Assembly: GCF_002113885.1 (NCBI RefSeq)
Contig: NW_018406560.1
Location: 165,948-229,947 of the forward strand
Direction: 5' to 3'
DNA from: Mizuhopecten yessoensis
Taxonomy: Eukaryota
DNA: 64,000 nucleotides
Position numbers and translations under genes: made by a program. This document shows, in pieces, positions 11,832 to 25,394 of this stretch (position 1 is its first letter; every line of letters starts with the position of its first letter). Under the pieces are notes generated by a model. It did not search any database. It was not told the DNA's origin and saw nothing but the letters and a program-made list of their open reading frames with translations.

Positions 11832-14128
11832 TAGACCTAGTGCATCTTAATAGTTTCAGAGCTAGTACATCTCTGTAGTAACAGACTTAGTGCATCTAGA
11901 TAGTTACAGAGTTAGTACATCCCCATAGTTATAGAGCTAGTATATCTCCATAGTTACAGAGCTAGTATATCTCCATAGTTACAGAGCTAGTACATCCCCA
12001 TAGATACAGAGCTAGTATATCTCCATAGTAACAGAATTAGTTTAGCTCCATAGTGACTGAGTTAGTGCATCTCCATATTGACAGAGTTAGTATATTTTCA
12101 TAGTTGTAGAATTAGTTTAGCTCCATCGTGATTGATTTAGTACATCTTCATAGTGACAAAGTAATTGCATCTCCATGGTGTTAGATTTAGTACATCTTCA
12201 TTGAAGCAGTTAGTGCATATCCATAGTGACAGACAGTACATCTCCGTAGTAACAGTACTAGTTTAGCTCCATAGTGACAGAGTTAGTGTAGTTCTATAGT
12301 GACAGAGTTAGTGTAGTTCCATAGTGTCAGAGTTAGTGTAGTTCTATAGTGACAGAGTAAGTGTAGTTCTATAGTGACAGAGTTAGTGTAGTTATATAGT
12401 GCCAGAGTTAGTGTAGTTCTATAGTGACAGAGTAAGTGTAGTTCTATAGTGACAGAGTTAGTGTAGTTCTATAGAGACAGAGTTAGTGTAGTTCTATAGT
12501 GACAGAGTAAGTGTAGTTCTATAGTGACAGAGTTAGTGTAGTTATATAGTGCCAGAGTTAGTGTAGTTCTATAGTGACAGAGTAAGTGTAGTTCTATAGT
12601 GACAGAGTTAGTGTAGTTCTACAGTGACAGAGTTAGTGTAGTTCCATAGTGACCGAGTTAGTGTAGTTCTATAGTGACAGAGTTAGTGTAGTTATATAGT
12701 GCCAGAGTTAGTGTAGTTCTATAGTGACAGAGTAAGTGTAGTTCTATAGTGACAGAGTTAGTGTAGATCTATAGTGACAGAGTTAGTGTAGTTCTATAGT
12801 GATTGAGTTAGTGTAGTTCTATAGTGACAGAGTTAGGGTAGTTCCATAGTGACAGAGTTAGTGTAGTTCCATAGTGTCAGAGTTAGTGTAGTTCTATAGT
12901 GACAGAGTAAGTGTAGTTCTATAGTGACAGAGTTAGTGTAGTTATATAGTGCCAGAGTTAGTGTAGTTCTATAGTGACAGAGTTGGTGTAGTTCTATGGT
13001 GACAGAGTTAGTGTAGTTCCATAGTGACAGAGTAAGTTTAGTTCAGAGGCAGCGCAGTCTATAGTGACAAAAGCAGCACAGTCTATAGTGACAGAGGCAG
13101 TGCAGTCTATAGTGTTAGTGTAGTTCCATAGTGACAGAGTTAGTGTAGTTCCATAGTGATAGAGTTAGTATGTCTCCATCGTGACTGATTTAGTACATCT
13201 TCATAGTGACAAAGTAATTGCATCTCCATGGTGTTAGAATTAGTGCATCTTCATTGAAGCAGTTAGTGCATATCCATAGTGACAGACAGTACATCTCCGG
13301 AACAGGACTAATTTAGCTCCATAGTGACAGAGTTAGTGTAGTTCTATAGAGACAGAGTTAGTGTAGTTCTATAGTGACAGAGTAAGTGTAGTTCTATAGT
13401 GACAGAGTTAGTGTAGTTCTATAGTGATTGAGTTAGTGTAGTTCTATAGTGACAGAGTTAGTGTAGTTATATAGTGCCAGAGTTAGTGTAGTTCTATAGT
13501 GACAGAGTAAGTGTAGTTCTATAGTGACAGAGTTAGTGTAGATCTATAGTGACAGAGTTAGTGTAGTTCTATAGAGACAGAGTTAGTGTAGTTCTATAGT
13601 GACAGAGATAGTGTAGTTCCATAGTGACAGAGTTAGTGTAGTTCCATAGTGTCAGAGTTAGTGTAGTTCTATAGTGACAGAGTAAGTGTAGTTCTATAGT
13701 GACAGAGTTAGTGTAGTTATATAGTGACAGAGTTAGTGTAGTTCTATAGTGACAGAGTAAGTGTAGTTCTATAGTGACAGAGTTAGTGTAGTTCCATAGT
13801 GACAGAGTAAGTGTAGTTCAGAGGCAGCGCAGTCTATAGTGACAAAAGCAGCACAGTCTATAGTGACAGAGGCAGCGCAGTCTATAGTGACAGAGGCAGG
13901 GCAGTCTATAGTGACAGAGGCAGAACAGTCTATAGTGACAGAGACAGCGCAGTCTATAGTGACAAAAGCAGTGCAGTCTATAGTACCAGAGGCAGCGCAG
14001 TCTATAGTGACAGAGGCAGAACAGTCTATAGTGACAGAGACAGCGCAGTCTATAGTGACAGAGGCAGGGCAGTCTATAGTGACAGAGGCAGAACAGTTCC
14101 GTAGTGACAGAGACAGCGCAGCTCCATT
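11832..14128. repeat. Composite minisatellite: 25-bp ATAGTGACAGAGTTAGTGTAGTTCT grading into 24-bp ATAGTGACAGAGGCAGCGCAGTCT
   Basis: Tandem copies sharing the ATAGTGACAGAG anchor; contains a block duplication. Confidence 0.96.
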
Positions 14129-14426
14129 GTAGAGCAGAATTTCGGTTAAATCTATTTATTTGCTTATTTATTGATTTTTGCGTTGATGGCAACAGCTGTA
14201 GGATAGTTGTAGGATATTTGAATATCAAAGTTTGGTTGCCATGGAGTGTGGTCTCACTTTTCAGTAATGCCAAAAATAGTCCTACATGAGGTATATCTGT
14301 ATAGATCCACATGCTACAGTCTATGTCATATTTCCTTTGTAAAATAATCACACAAAGAGACTTTAAATGTCAAACTGGAACAGATACCTCTGTCATACAG
14401 CCATTATACAGCTATGTAGGATTTTA

Positions 14427-15745
14427 TTTTTAGCTCACCTGGTCAAACGGACTGCTGTGGTGTGTCATTCATCCTCCGTCTGTCTATCAACTTTTCCTAC
14501 TTATCCTGAATGGCTCAGTGGATTTTAACTTAATGTGGCCAGGAACATCCTTGTATAAAACAGAGGATGTGGCCCCCCTAGGGGCAGAGGGGTGGGACCC
14601 AATAAAGGAACTAGAGGTACATTTTTGAAAATCCTTCTTCTTCTGTACGAGTGGTGGGATTTCAGCTAAATTTGGTCCAGAGCATCCTTGGGCAATGGGA
14701 AATAAATTTTGTATGAATGAAGGGTGTGGCCCCCGTAGAGAAAGAGGAATGTGATCCAATTGGGGAACTTGAGATAAATATTCAAAAATCTTTCACCTTA
14801 AGTATGATTGGAGGGATTCTAACCAATTATTAAGGAGAGCATCTATGGGCAAAGTAGTCTCATTCAACCAGACTCTTGTTGGCAGCGCAAGCTATGCCGA
14901 ACAGAGAGTCTGGTCAAACCCAGTGATATCGTTTTGTGAGGTCATAACGAAGCTTACCAGAATTCTGGTAAATTATTTCATTGGTCAAAGGTAGACACAC
15001 CCTTTTCAACCTTTGAAGTCAGAATTTGAGTGGCACAAAATTGCATTAAATATTTCAATTCATTAAAAACTTACCTTTACAATCATTTCTGAAGTATCCG
15101 TATTTTCACTATTATCGAAAAAAAATGTAAGAAAATGCTTCAGATCTCAAGAGTGATTGCATGCATTTTCATTGGATATTTTACAATAATTCATGAAGCT
15201 AACAAGGCTATTGATACAAGTCAAGCCAGATTACCTGAGTGAGAACCTGTAGTGTTTTGAATGGTGAACAGGCAAAATCTCACCTGCTTTGCATGCTTTT
15301 TTCCAACCTCAGTCAGCCTTATTGGTTTTGTGCTCAGTTATGATTTATTCAGTGGAAATATATGGCATTATTCTTGAGATTTGACATTTTCTTACATTTT
15401 TCTCGATAATAGTGAATACACAGATACTTCAAGAATGCATGTACAGGTAAGTTTTTCCATTAATTTCATTTTTCATTGAAATGATTCAATGGCGTAGACA
15501 TAACATCCGGAAAGGAAGGTAAAAACACTGCCCTCTGATGATGGTAATTTTAAAGTACTGTGTTTGACCAGGCTCTTGAATTACAAGTGATCAAGCGTCT
15601 GGTTGAACAAGATAATTTTGTATGAATGAAGGGTGTGTCCCCCCTCCTCCCCCTTGGGCAAAGGGACAGGGCCAACTAGGGGAAATTGAGGTAAATGGTA
15701 AAAAAACTTAAATGTGATTGCATAAATCCTTGGGCAAACGGGGGC
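14427..15745 (+). mobile_element. Helentron-associated non-autonomous element (HINE, pearl/DINE-1-like), interrupted by an insertion
   Basis: 5' TTTTTAGCTCACCTG, CCGTCTGTCT microsatellite remnant, ~157-bp internal repeats (AGCATCCTTGGGCAA...TTTTGTATGAATGAAGGGTGTGGCCCC). Confidence 0.75.
14855..15614. mobile_element. Academ-like non-autonomous foldback element nested in the HINE
   Basis: TAGTCTCATTCAACCAGAC...GTCTGGTTGAACAAGATA termini, a hairpin at each end, and a long internal inverted repeat (~15065-15152 vs ~15371-15456). It splits one HINE core repeat. Confidence 0.65.
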
Positions 15746-15748
15746 TTA

Positions 15749-16090
15749 CTTTTAGATCACCTGGCCCACAGGCCGTCCAGCATCAACATTTTTATTTAAA
15801 CGACTTCTCAATAACCAAAGTGCATAGGGCGATGATATTTGGCTAGGGCCATGCTGGGATGGGATGAAGGGCTACCAAGTTTGTTCAAATGAAAGACCTT
15901 CACTCATGTTTAAGGTCACAGGGGTCAAATGTCTTAAAAAACCTAAAAATAACTTCTTCTGAATAACCAAAAGGACCAGAGTTATGATATGTGGCCAGTA
16001 GCATGCTGGAATGAAGGGCTAACAAGTGTTTTCAAATGAATGACCTTGACAAATATTCCAAGTCACAGGGGACAATTGTCATTAAAAAAG
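15749..16090 (+). mobile_element. Second HINE, 5' part with internal repeats
   Basis: TTTTAGATCACCTGGCCCACAGGCC head; AAGTTTGTTCAAATGAA...CAAGGTCACAGGGGTCAAAT-type unit twice. Confidence 0.7.
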
Positions 16091-16775
16091 TGAAGGGATG
16101 GCAATAATGGAATCGAATGAAGGGTTATCAGATCATTTGAGGATGGCAGTGATGCAGACATGAAGGGGTGGTAATGGTACAGGCTTGGTTGTCTCTTGTG
16201 CCAATCATTTGTTGATGTAGTGATCTAGAGTGTATGGCATTGGGAGTAGCCAATTAATTTTTTGTGAATTTAAAACAAAAAGGGAATCAACTGATTACAA
16301 ACCTTGCATTTATTGGAGAAAAATTCTACGTATTCAGTGTGAATTTCTTTGGTTGGAATTTGAACTTTGATGAATAGCCTTTGCTACCCCTGGTGATGTC
16401 CATGTGTCTCAGGCCTTCTTGAATAATAAAACTGTCTGAGATGAGTCTGTTGCCTTGACTACGGGAGACACAGCGCCATATGGAAAGGTTAGGCAGTGAT
16501 GGTGCCATGTATTGCATTGTCAAGGAGGATCAGGATAAATACCGCCATCATGTTAGATCAAACTATGCAACAGGAACACACCGTTTCAAATTACTGTCTG
16601 GATTTTAGAACAATGTTTGTAAATAAAGGAAAGTTTGTGGGGAAATCAAGTCAGGGTTAGGAAAACCTCTGTGGTAAGTTTTCTAGGATTTAATTTGAAT
16701 TATTGATTTTTTTTAATATACACTTTTAAAGAAGAAGCATGACTGTTTCCAAATTTGTGTTACAAGAATTAGATT

Positions 16776-17581
16776 ATAACTGTAAGCAGGGTAACTGTGG
16801 AGACTGTGCTATATAACTGTAAGCAGAGTTACTGGGGAGGCTGTGCTATATAACTCTAAGCAGGGTTACTGTGGTGGCTTTGCTATATAACTGTAAGAAG
16901 GGTTACTGTGGAGGCTCTGCTCTATAACTGTAAGCAGGGTTAATGTGGAGGCTGTGATATATAACTGTAAGCAGGGTTAATGTGGAGGCTGTGATATATA
17001 ACTGTAAGCAGGGTTACTGTGGATTACTGTAAGCAGAGTTACTGGGGAGGCTGTGCTATATACCTCTAAGCAGGTTACTGTGGAGGTTGTGCTATATAAC
17101 TGTAAATAGGGTTACTGTGGAGGCTCTGCTATATAACTCTAAGCAGGTTTCTGTGGAGGCTGTGCTATTTAACTGTAAACAGGGTTACTGTGGAGGCTCT
17201 GCTATATAACTGCAAGCAGGGTTACTGTGGAGGCTGTGCTATATAACTCTAAGCAGGTTACTGTGGAGGCTGTGCTATATAACTGTAAGAAGGGTTACTG
17301 TGGAGGCTGTGCTATATTACTGTAAGTAGGGTTACTGTTGAGGCTGTGCTATATAACTGTAAGCAGGGTTACTGTGGAGGCTGTGCTATATTACTGTAAG
17401 CAGGGTTACTGTGGAGGCTGTGCTATATTACTGTAAGCAGGGTTACTGTGGAGGCTGTGCTATATAACTGTAAGCAGGGTTACTGTGGAGGCTATGCTAT
17501 ATTACTGTAAGCAGGGTTACTGTGGAGGCTGTGCTATATTACTGTAAGCAGGGTTACTGTGGAGGCTGTGCTATATTACTG
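16776..17581. repeat. Minisatellite, 37-bp unit TATAACTGTAAGCAGGGTTACTGTGGAGGCTGTGCTA
   Basis: About 22 tandem copies. Confidence 0.96.
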
Positions 17582-19349
17582 AAATCTGAAATAAACACTT
17601 CAATGCAGCACAAACTTCCACTGAAATCTGAAATAGAGATCCACCATGTCAGAGGTCACCATGTCAAAGGTCAACATAGTAATTACAATTTGTAAATTTC
17701 TTTGTCTAAATTTGGAACGTCTTTTTATAAGCATTTGTTCCACTTTCATTATAAAATATTTGTAACATTCTGCATTAAAAAATTTGAATCCACTGTTCTA
17801 ATTTTAACAGCACTGACATCCATATCAATCGTTTTGAAATGTGTTTGTTTTTCTGGAGTTGATGATGGATGATGGTAAAAGTGCCGTCACATGCCTGTTA
17901 AGCATAGTGCGGACACGTGGGGAGATGTATCACCCTCTCATCACCACAGGATTCTCTAGTTATCCACCCTGTCTGCTGATTGGTAATGCGACAATTCGAC
18001 AATCCGGGAGTATTGGATGATTCATGAGTTGAGGAATCTTCCGGAGCCATTGTTTGAGGTTTCTAAGTGTGTTTCAACAGCTTCAGCTTCCTGGGAACGA
18101 AATTGACTCCGTGTTACATCAATGCTGAAATTTGGCAAAAAACAAACCCAAAACAAGACCTGTTCTTGTAAATTTCAATTTATATTCAACAATTTGGAAT
18201 TTTTTCTTTTAGAAACATATATTTTTTGAGTAATGTAATATCCAGGGGGAGTTGCTTGGGACAGAATGCGTATCTACAGCAAGGCTAAATCCTACAGCAT
18301 CTCACATGGGTCTACTGTAAGGCTCCACACGACTTGAGGCTGCTGCCTCGCCAAAAATGATTTGCACAGAAAATGAGTGTAGTGAATATGGATGAACTAA
18401 AATAAGTCTTTTTTCAGTGAAAGAACTATTAGCTAGCAGGGATTTGAAATTGGCTCGGCTATATACGTCAGTAGACTTGTTGGTATGTTGTTAGTCGGCT
18501 CTGAACATCACAGGGTCATCATGGCCCCAAACATGGGCAGGAGTATAGGTTATTGTTACATGTCTTTTCTTATGCATTAAGCCACAGATCGATGATAGTG
18601 CAGTTGTCACACACACCAAAACTGTTTTGCTTGTATTTTTATTCAATGCACTATCTTGGAAAGGCATCATAAAATCTACTCTATATAGCTCACATCTATA
18701 TCGCCAGTGGGAACTGGTGATCAATACGCACAAATACGCCTAGCAGACGGCCATGTTTTATACTGTTTATACAGTCAATCAATTGCATAGCTCAAACTTT
18801 TTGTGAGAAACAGTTCCACCATTGTGTCTAAAATCTATTACACGATTGTTAGGCAAAAGAATGTGATAAAAACCTTCAAAAGTAATTTTGATTATTGACT
18901 AAGTATGAAATGTAAAAGCACATTAATTTGCAGTAACATTTGTAGTGTTGATGCTGACGAACAACAATGTACTCTATACAGATAGAGCATCGCTCAAGGG
19001 GAGTGGCCATAGGACACTGGTCACTGGTATGCTGGGTTGAACACTGTCCAGGCAGGATGGATTTATGGCCATATGGTGCTGTTCATTGTTGTGCTTTGCC
19101 GTGATGCCTTGATTTGGTCTGTAAGTCTTTTATAGGGACTATGTTTGTGGAAGCCAGTTTAGCCTAATCTTGTCTGTTTGTTGTTGTTACGATTTGATTG
19201 TTAATGGTTTTCCTTTATGCCATCCTTGGTTTATATGAATGTCAAAGGTCCCCTTGTACTTCTCTGCAGCGGTCTACAAGACCAAGCTCTAGACATAATA
19301 TCATTTGATATGGCTCTGTGTGGTAGTTGGGTTTTTTTTGCATCGAAAG

Positions 19350-19655
19350 TTTAGGATATGGGTACGATTCTGTCACAAAAGGGTGGGTATACAATATTTT
19401 ACAGGTACAAATGTAAGATTTAATTACAAAAGTTTAGAGATATGTAGGATTCTGTCACAAAAGGTTAGGATTTAGTAGAATTCTGTCATGAAAGCTAAGA
19501 ATAAAGAATTATGTCACAAAAGGTCAAGACTTAATAGGTGACTGTCAAAAAAGGCATTAGGATACATGTAGGATTCTGTCACGAAAGATTATATATTTTA
19601 ACCGTATTGAAAGAAATTTGCCACAAAAGGTAAGGATATAGGTAGGAATTCACCA
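19350..19655. repeat. Old degenerate ~32-bp array (AGGATTCTGTCACAAAAGGTTAGGATATGT-like)
   Basis: Recurring TTCTGTCACAAAA motif. Confidence 0.75.
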
Positions 19656-19779
19656 TTGAAGTTCAAAATGAGGGACACTAAAAGGGAAAATAACCAAAAA
19701 AAAGAGAGAAAGAAAAAAAAGATGAAAAGAAAAGAAGAAAAGAAAAAAAGAACAAAAAGTGCACAATGAAAGTACAAAA

Positions 19780-20050
19780 TGAGAATACATGGTGAGAGTT
19801 CACTGTGAAAGTATAGTGAAAGTATATGGTGAGAGTACATTGTGAGAGTACACAGTGAGAGTACATGGTAAAAACACACAGTGAGAGTACATGGTGAGAG
19901 TAAACGGTGAGAGAAAATTGTGAGATTACACAGTGAGATTTGATTGTGAAAGTACATGGTGAGAGTACCTGGTGAGAGTACACTGTTAGGATATATATTG
20001 AGAGTACACAGTGAGAGTACATGGTGAGATAAGTTGATGAGAGTACACAG
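19780..20050. repeat. Degenerate 13-bp array GTGAGAGTACATG / GTGAGAGTACACA
   Basis: Direct repeats, preceded by an A-rich tract at 19680-19760. Confidence 0.85.
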
Positions 20051-20707
20051 AACAGGCTTTGTTACGATTACAAGATGGTATCTCTGTGAGCACACGTTTG
20101 AGAGAGACCAGGGCATCAAGCTTGGAGACTGGATGCTGTGGCATGTCAAATACAAAATATATCTGAAAATATTTTATTGCATCCTTGTACACAAGCAAAT
20201 TGTTTTTAACTTGCTATGTATTTATTGGTAGCAATACACACACTCTGTGTGTCTCTCAAAGGCAAGATTCCCTGCTGAAAACACTCACTCACATCTACAA
20301 ATTTAATGTTTCTTTTGTTTTGGGACACACTGAAGATTTGCACAGGAACTTTACATAATAATAGGTTAGTGGAATGAAGGAGTATTAGAGGGTAGATTAG
20401 TAAACGTAAGGATATTTACATGTATCACTGAAACGGCAGGGCAAGGCAAACTTTACATATAAGTGAAACCCAGAATATTGATTTAAATATTGGCAATTCT
20501 AGTGGAATATTGGGGCAATGAGTATATTAGAATTTAATTACAACACTGTATCATGTTGCAGTACAACTTATCAGGACAGAGAACCTGCAATATAATTATC
20601 TATTAGGAGTTCAGTGTGAGCTTTTGGGTGTATAACTGTAAAAATAGAAATCTATTGAAATTAAAACAAATAAAGGATGTAAGCTGGGGTCAGAATGAAG
20701 CATCCCT

Positions 20708-21408
20708 AGGAAGGTAGGTAGGTGTAGGATGTTACAGGAACGTAGGTAGGCGTAGGATGTTACAGGAAGGTAGGTAGGTGTAGGATGTTACAGGAAGGTA
20801 GGTAGATGTAGGATGTTACAGGAGGGAAGGTAGGTGTAGGATGTTACAGGAGGGGAGGTAGGAGGAGGATGTTACAGGAGGGGAGGTAGGTGTAGGATGT
20901 TACAGGAACGTAGGTAGGCGTAGGATGGTACAGGAAGGTAGGTAGGTGTAGGTTGTTACAGGAAGGTAGGTAGATGTGGATGTTACAAGAAGGTCGGTAG
21001 ATGTAGGATGTTACAAGAAGGTCGGTAGATGTAGAATGTTACAGGAAGGTAGGTAGGTATAGGATGTTACAGGAAGGTAGGGAGGTGTAGGATGTTACAG
21101 GGAGGTAGGGAGGTGTAGGATGTTACAGGGAGGAAGGTAGGTGTAGGATGTTACAGGAAGGCAGGTAGATGTAGGATGTTACAAGAAGGGCGGTAGATGT
21201 AGGATGTTACAGGAGGGTAGGTAGATGTAGGATGTTACAAGAAGGTCGGTAGCTGTAGGATGTTACAGGAGGGGAGGTAGGAGGAGGATGTTACAGGAGG
21301 GGAGGTAGGAGGAGGATGTTACAGGAGGGGAGGTAGGAGGAGGATGTTACAGGAGGGGAGGTAGATGTAGGATGTTACAGGAAGGTAGGTAGATGTAGGA
21401 TGTTCCAA
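20708..21408. repeat. Minisatellite, 28-bp unit GGTAGGTAGGTGTAGGATGTTACAGGAA
   Basis: About 25 copies; G-rich + strand. Confidence 0.96.
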
Positions 21409-22359
21409 GATTCCCATCCAACATTTCACTGAAGTAAATATGATTGATATATTACTGATACCTGACAGTGGACTTAAATCATAAGCATTAAACAGATATG
21501 TATTTAAAATATTATGGGGCAGCTTTGTAACTAAACAGTATAATATTATATTAAAATGTAAATATATGGATGTCGAATCAGGCAGTGTTTTACTGATGTT
21601 GATATAAGGGGTAGGATGGATTAGCCATTCAAGTGTGTTTATTAGATGATTACAAGAATAGATATGAAAGTTGGGGATATCAGAAAGATTTAATTACTTT
21701 CTATACGATGGTTACATAAAAATGATTCACTCTCTAGCCAAGGAGGGAGAAGTAAATGGTGCCCGGAGATTATTGGGATATTGGCTGCTGTTTTTCAGCG
21801 ATGGAATATTCCCCATGTTGAGTGTAAAACAGAGCCATCCAGGTGTGAAAGGACTCCAGTGTTCCGAGAACACCGGGAACATCGTTAAACATTTAACACT
21901 CACACCTCATAGATGTTGCAGTCTACTTACAGCTATGATACATCATGTGTTATGTTCCAGAGGTACAACCCTGTACAAACCTGATATATGGATCTCAATT
22001 TTCAGCAAACATGGCTGACATATTGGTGTAGAACTCTTTGCTGCATGAAGGTAGAAACAGGTTGTTTGGAGGATGCGCAGCTGGTTATATTCTGGCAGAG
22101 GCAGCTCTTGGGAGCCATCAAACAACTTCTTTTTAGTTGATGTCTGATGGAAAAAAGAGGAAGTGAGAAATTTCATACGGACTGGTAAACTTCAACAACT
22201 TGCAGAGTATACTACTGGCTAGGGGTACATGAAAATCCCGTAACCTGAGGATCAAAGTAATGCTTGAAGAACTTCCACAAACACATTCTATTAACCTTCA
22301 AGAGTAGCAACTCCTGAAACACGCCAAAAATACCTTGACCGTAATAATCACACCGAAAC

Positions 22360-23665
22360 TTTTACAATTACACAAAACATCAACAAACCAACAAACCACA
22401 TTGACACTTGTAGTACTACACCACAAAACATCTCAGACAACCAACCACATTGATACTTTTACAACACCACAAAACATCTCCGACAACCGACCACATTAAC
22501 ACTTATAGTACTACACCACAAAACATCTCAGACAACCAACCACATTGACACTTGTACAACACCACAAAACATCTCGGACAAATGACCACATTAACACTTG
22601 TACAACACCACAAAATATCTCCAACAACCGACCACATTAACACTTATAGTACTACACCACAAAACATCACAGACAACCAACCACATTGACACTTGTACAA
22701 CTCCACAAAACATCTCGGACAACCGACCACATTGATACTTGTACAACACCACAAAACATCTCAGAAAACCGACCACATTGACACTTGTACAACACCACAA
22801 AACATCTCTGACAACCGACCACATTGACACTTGTACAACACCACAAAACATCTCAGACAACCGACCACATTAACACTTGTACAACACCACAAAACATCTC
22901 AGACAACCGTCTACATTGACACTTGTACAACACCACAAAACAACTCAGAAAACCGACCACATTGACACTTGTACAACACCACAAAACATCTCTGACAACC
23001 GACCACATTAACACTTGTACAATACCACAAAACATCTCAGACAACCGACCACATTGACACTTGTACAACACCACAAAACATCTCAGACAACCGACCACAT
23101 TAACACTTGTACAATACCACAAAACATCTCAGACAACTGACCACATTGACACTTGTACAATACCACAAAACATCTCTGACAACCGACCACATTAACACTT
23201 GTACAATACCACAAAACATCTCAGACAACCGACCACATTAACACTTGTACAATACCACAAAACATCTCTGACAACCGACCACATAAGCACTTGTACAATA
23301 CCACAAAACATCTCTGACAACCGACCACATAAGCACTTGTACAATACCACAAAACATCTCTGACAACCGACCACATAAGCACTTGTACAATACCACAAAA
23401 CATCTCTGACAACCGACCACATAAGCACTTGTACAATACCACAAAACATCTCAGACACCCGACAACATTGACACTTGTACAACACCACAAAATATCTCAT
23501 ACAAACGACCACATTGACACTTGTACAACACCACAAAACATCACAGACGACTCAACCACATTAACACTTGTACAACACCACAAAACATCTCAGACAACCG
23601 ACCACATTGACACTTGTACAACACCACAAAACATCACAGACGACTCAACCACATTGACACAAAAA
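22360..23665. repeat. Minisatellite, 46-bp unit ACCACATTGACACTTGTACAACACCACAAAACATCTCAGACAACCG
   Basis: About 28 copies. Confidence 0.96.
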
Positions 23666-24110
23666 CACCTCAAATAACTCAATATACAGTTACAATTATG
23701 TACCACACTAAAGCTCTTAAAGCTTTGCTTGGCTACTGTATGGCCAATTTCTGGAAAAAGATACATTGTAGTCTTTGAGTTATATTTCTTAGGTGAAAAA
23801 CAAATAAGACAAACTTTATTTCAATTGGCTACAGGTTTTATCAAGGTCATTATGGTTTTTTAAAGGCTTTGTGTTTTTTTCCAATGTTATTGCAGGATAG
23901 TTCAGGTCATTGAGGAGATGGCAAGGTCATTTAGAATTAATCAATTTGTTGTGATTATTGATTTGACTTTTATTGTGATTCTGTGAATGGCCATAAACCT
24001 GTGTATATAAAGGAAATTGTCAATTAGAAAATCACTGTCAGTTATATTGGGAGTGATGGGTAATTTTGTTTCTACATGTATATTTTGTGGTGGTTGAAAA
24101 ATTTGTGCGT

Positions 24111-24299
24111 TAATAATAATAATAATTTAATATACAGCATTTGACCCCAGACCAATTTATACTTCACCTGGGTTGTTGGAGTTGTGTGGGCAGGAGAAAA
24201 ACACTTTCTCTGAATATCCATGCGTACGGCGACTTCGGGGATCGAACCCTTGCCACCTGTGTGGAAGGCCAGAGTGTTAACCACTCGACCAATCTGCCC
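24111..24299 (-). mobile_element. SINE family 2 copy with an internal deletion
   Basis: Reverse complement of the 52807 head (GGGCAGATTGGTCGAGTGGTTAACAC...) joined directly to the tail CAAATGCTGTATATT(ATT)n. Confidence 0.85.
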
Positions 24300-25394
24300 A
24301 TTTTTCATCTCTTTGAATTGAAAGGGTGTCTTTCAGTGTGTGGCCAGTAGGTACTGATTCAAAAACTAGGAAATGTTTGGGATTGTTTCCTACAAGGTAA
24401 CCATGAAACATTAGTATTAACTTCAATCTTACAAGAAACACTACGTTAGCAGGAGTTCAATACACCTGTGTTTCTGTAGCAATATCTTGGGCACTGAAGC
24501 TTGTTCCATGCCATATGTTCTTAGCGAGTAAGGCAAATCTTTTCAGCGTTTTGAGTTTTCTGATCAGTCAGTGACTTTTTTTTTAACTCAGATTAATCCA
24601 TTTGTGGAAAACAATTATGTAGATTGGTGCAGTTTTGTGAAATCTGCTGTTAAAAATTAAATCTAATGGAAAAGTGTTGGGAAGCAATCTGGCAAATGTT
24701 GCAGAATCTGTGAGCATGCAGCTGTCAGACTCTGTGAGATTGCTGCGGTTTACCTGAGATCACTGTGTGTGGCGGCCATTTTGTACTGCTAGCATAGATC
24801 TTTGAGTGCAACAAGGCACAGGATTACATACAGGTTAACACAATAACCCTAATTTCTGCCGAGGTTTGGGTAGTTGGCAGCTATTGTTTGTTTGGAAGTC
24901 GGAACGGTCCCACAGGCCTTCATCTGTACCATAGCTTAACGATAGCAACCTGATTTTGTCAGCTAACGACACTTTTAGCAAATTAAATCCGATTCTGTAT
25001 GGGTGATGTCATTAATGTGGTTTGTGTACATTGCTGATGAGTGTGGCCGAAACATTTTGCATTACACTCCGGGGACGGGCAGGTGGGTGGAGGGTCATAA
25101 CAGTTGATTGTCTGAGCACTCCCAAAACAACACAAGATGTGTGTCCAGAAAACCTTGCCAAGTATTACACTGAACCAGACAACAGACAGCTAGGCAACTC
25201 TGTTGTTTAACATTCCTTCCTTAAAATAAAAATGTACTTCAGACACTTAGTGGAGCAGGGATTTGAGAGTTTCTGACCAGCAAAAATTAAATGCAATATT
25301 AATCTGCCTTTAAGGTTTTTGAGAACCTCAGGTTCAACTCCCAGTCCATTTTCTTGTATGGTTTCTTGTGCCGCCATTGGTCACACACAGATAC

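Noticed and set aside
17850-18130. Possible antisense nested exon
   Set aside because: Frames close quickly and no recognisable protein motif is present.
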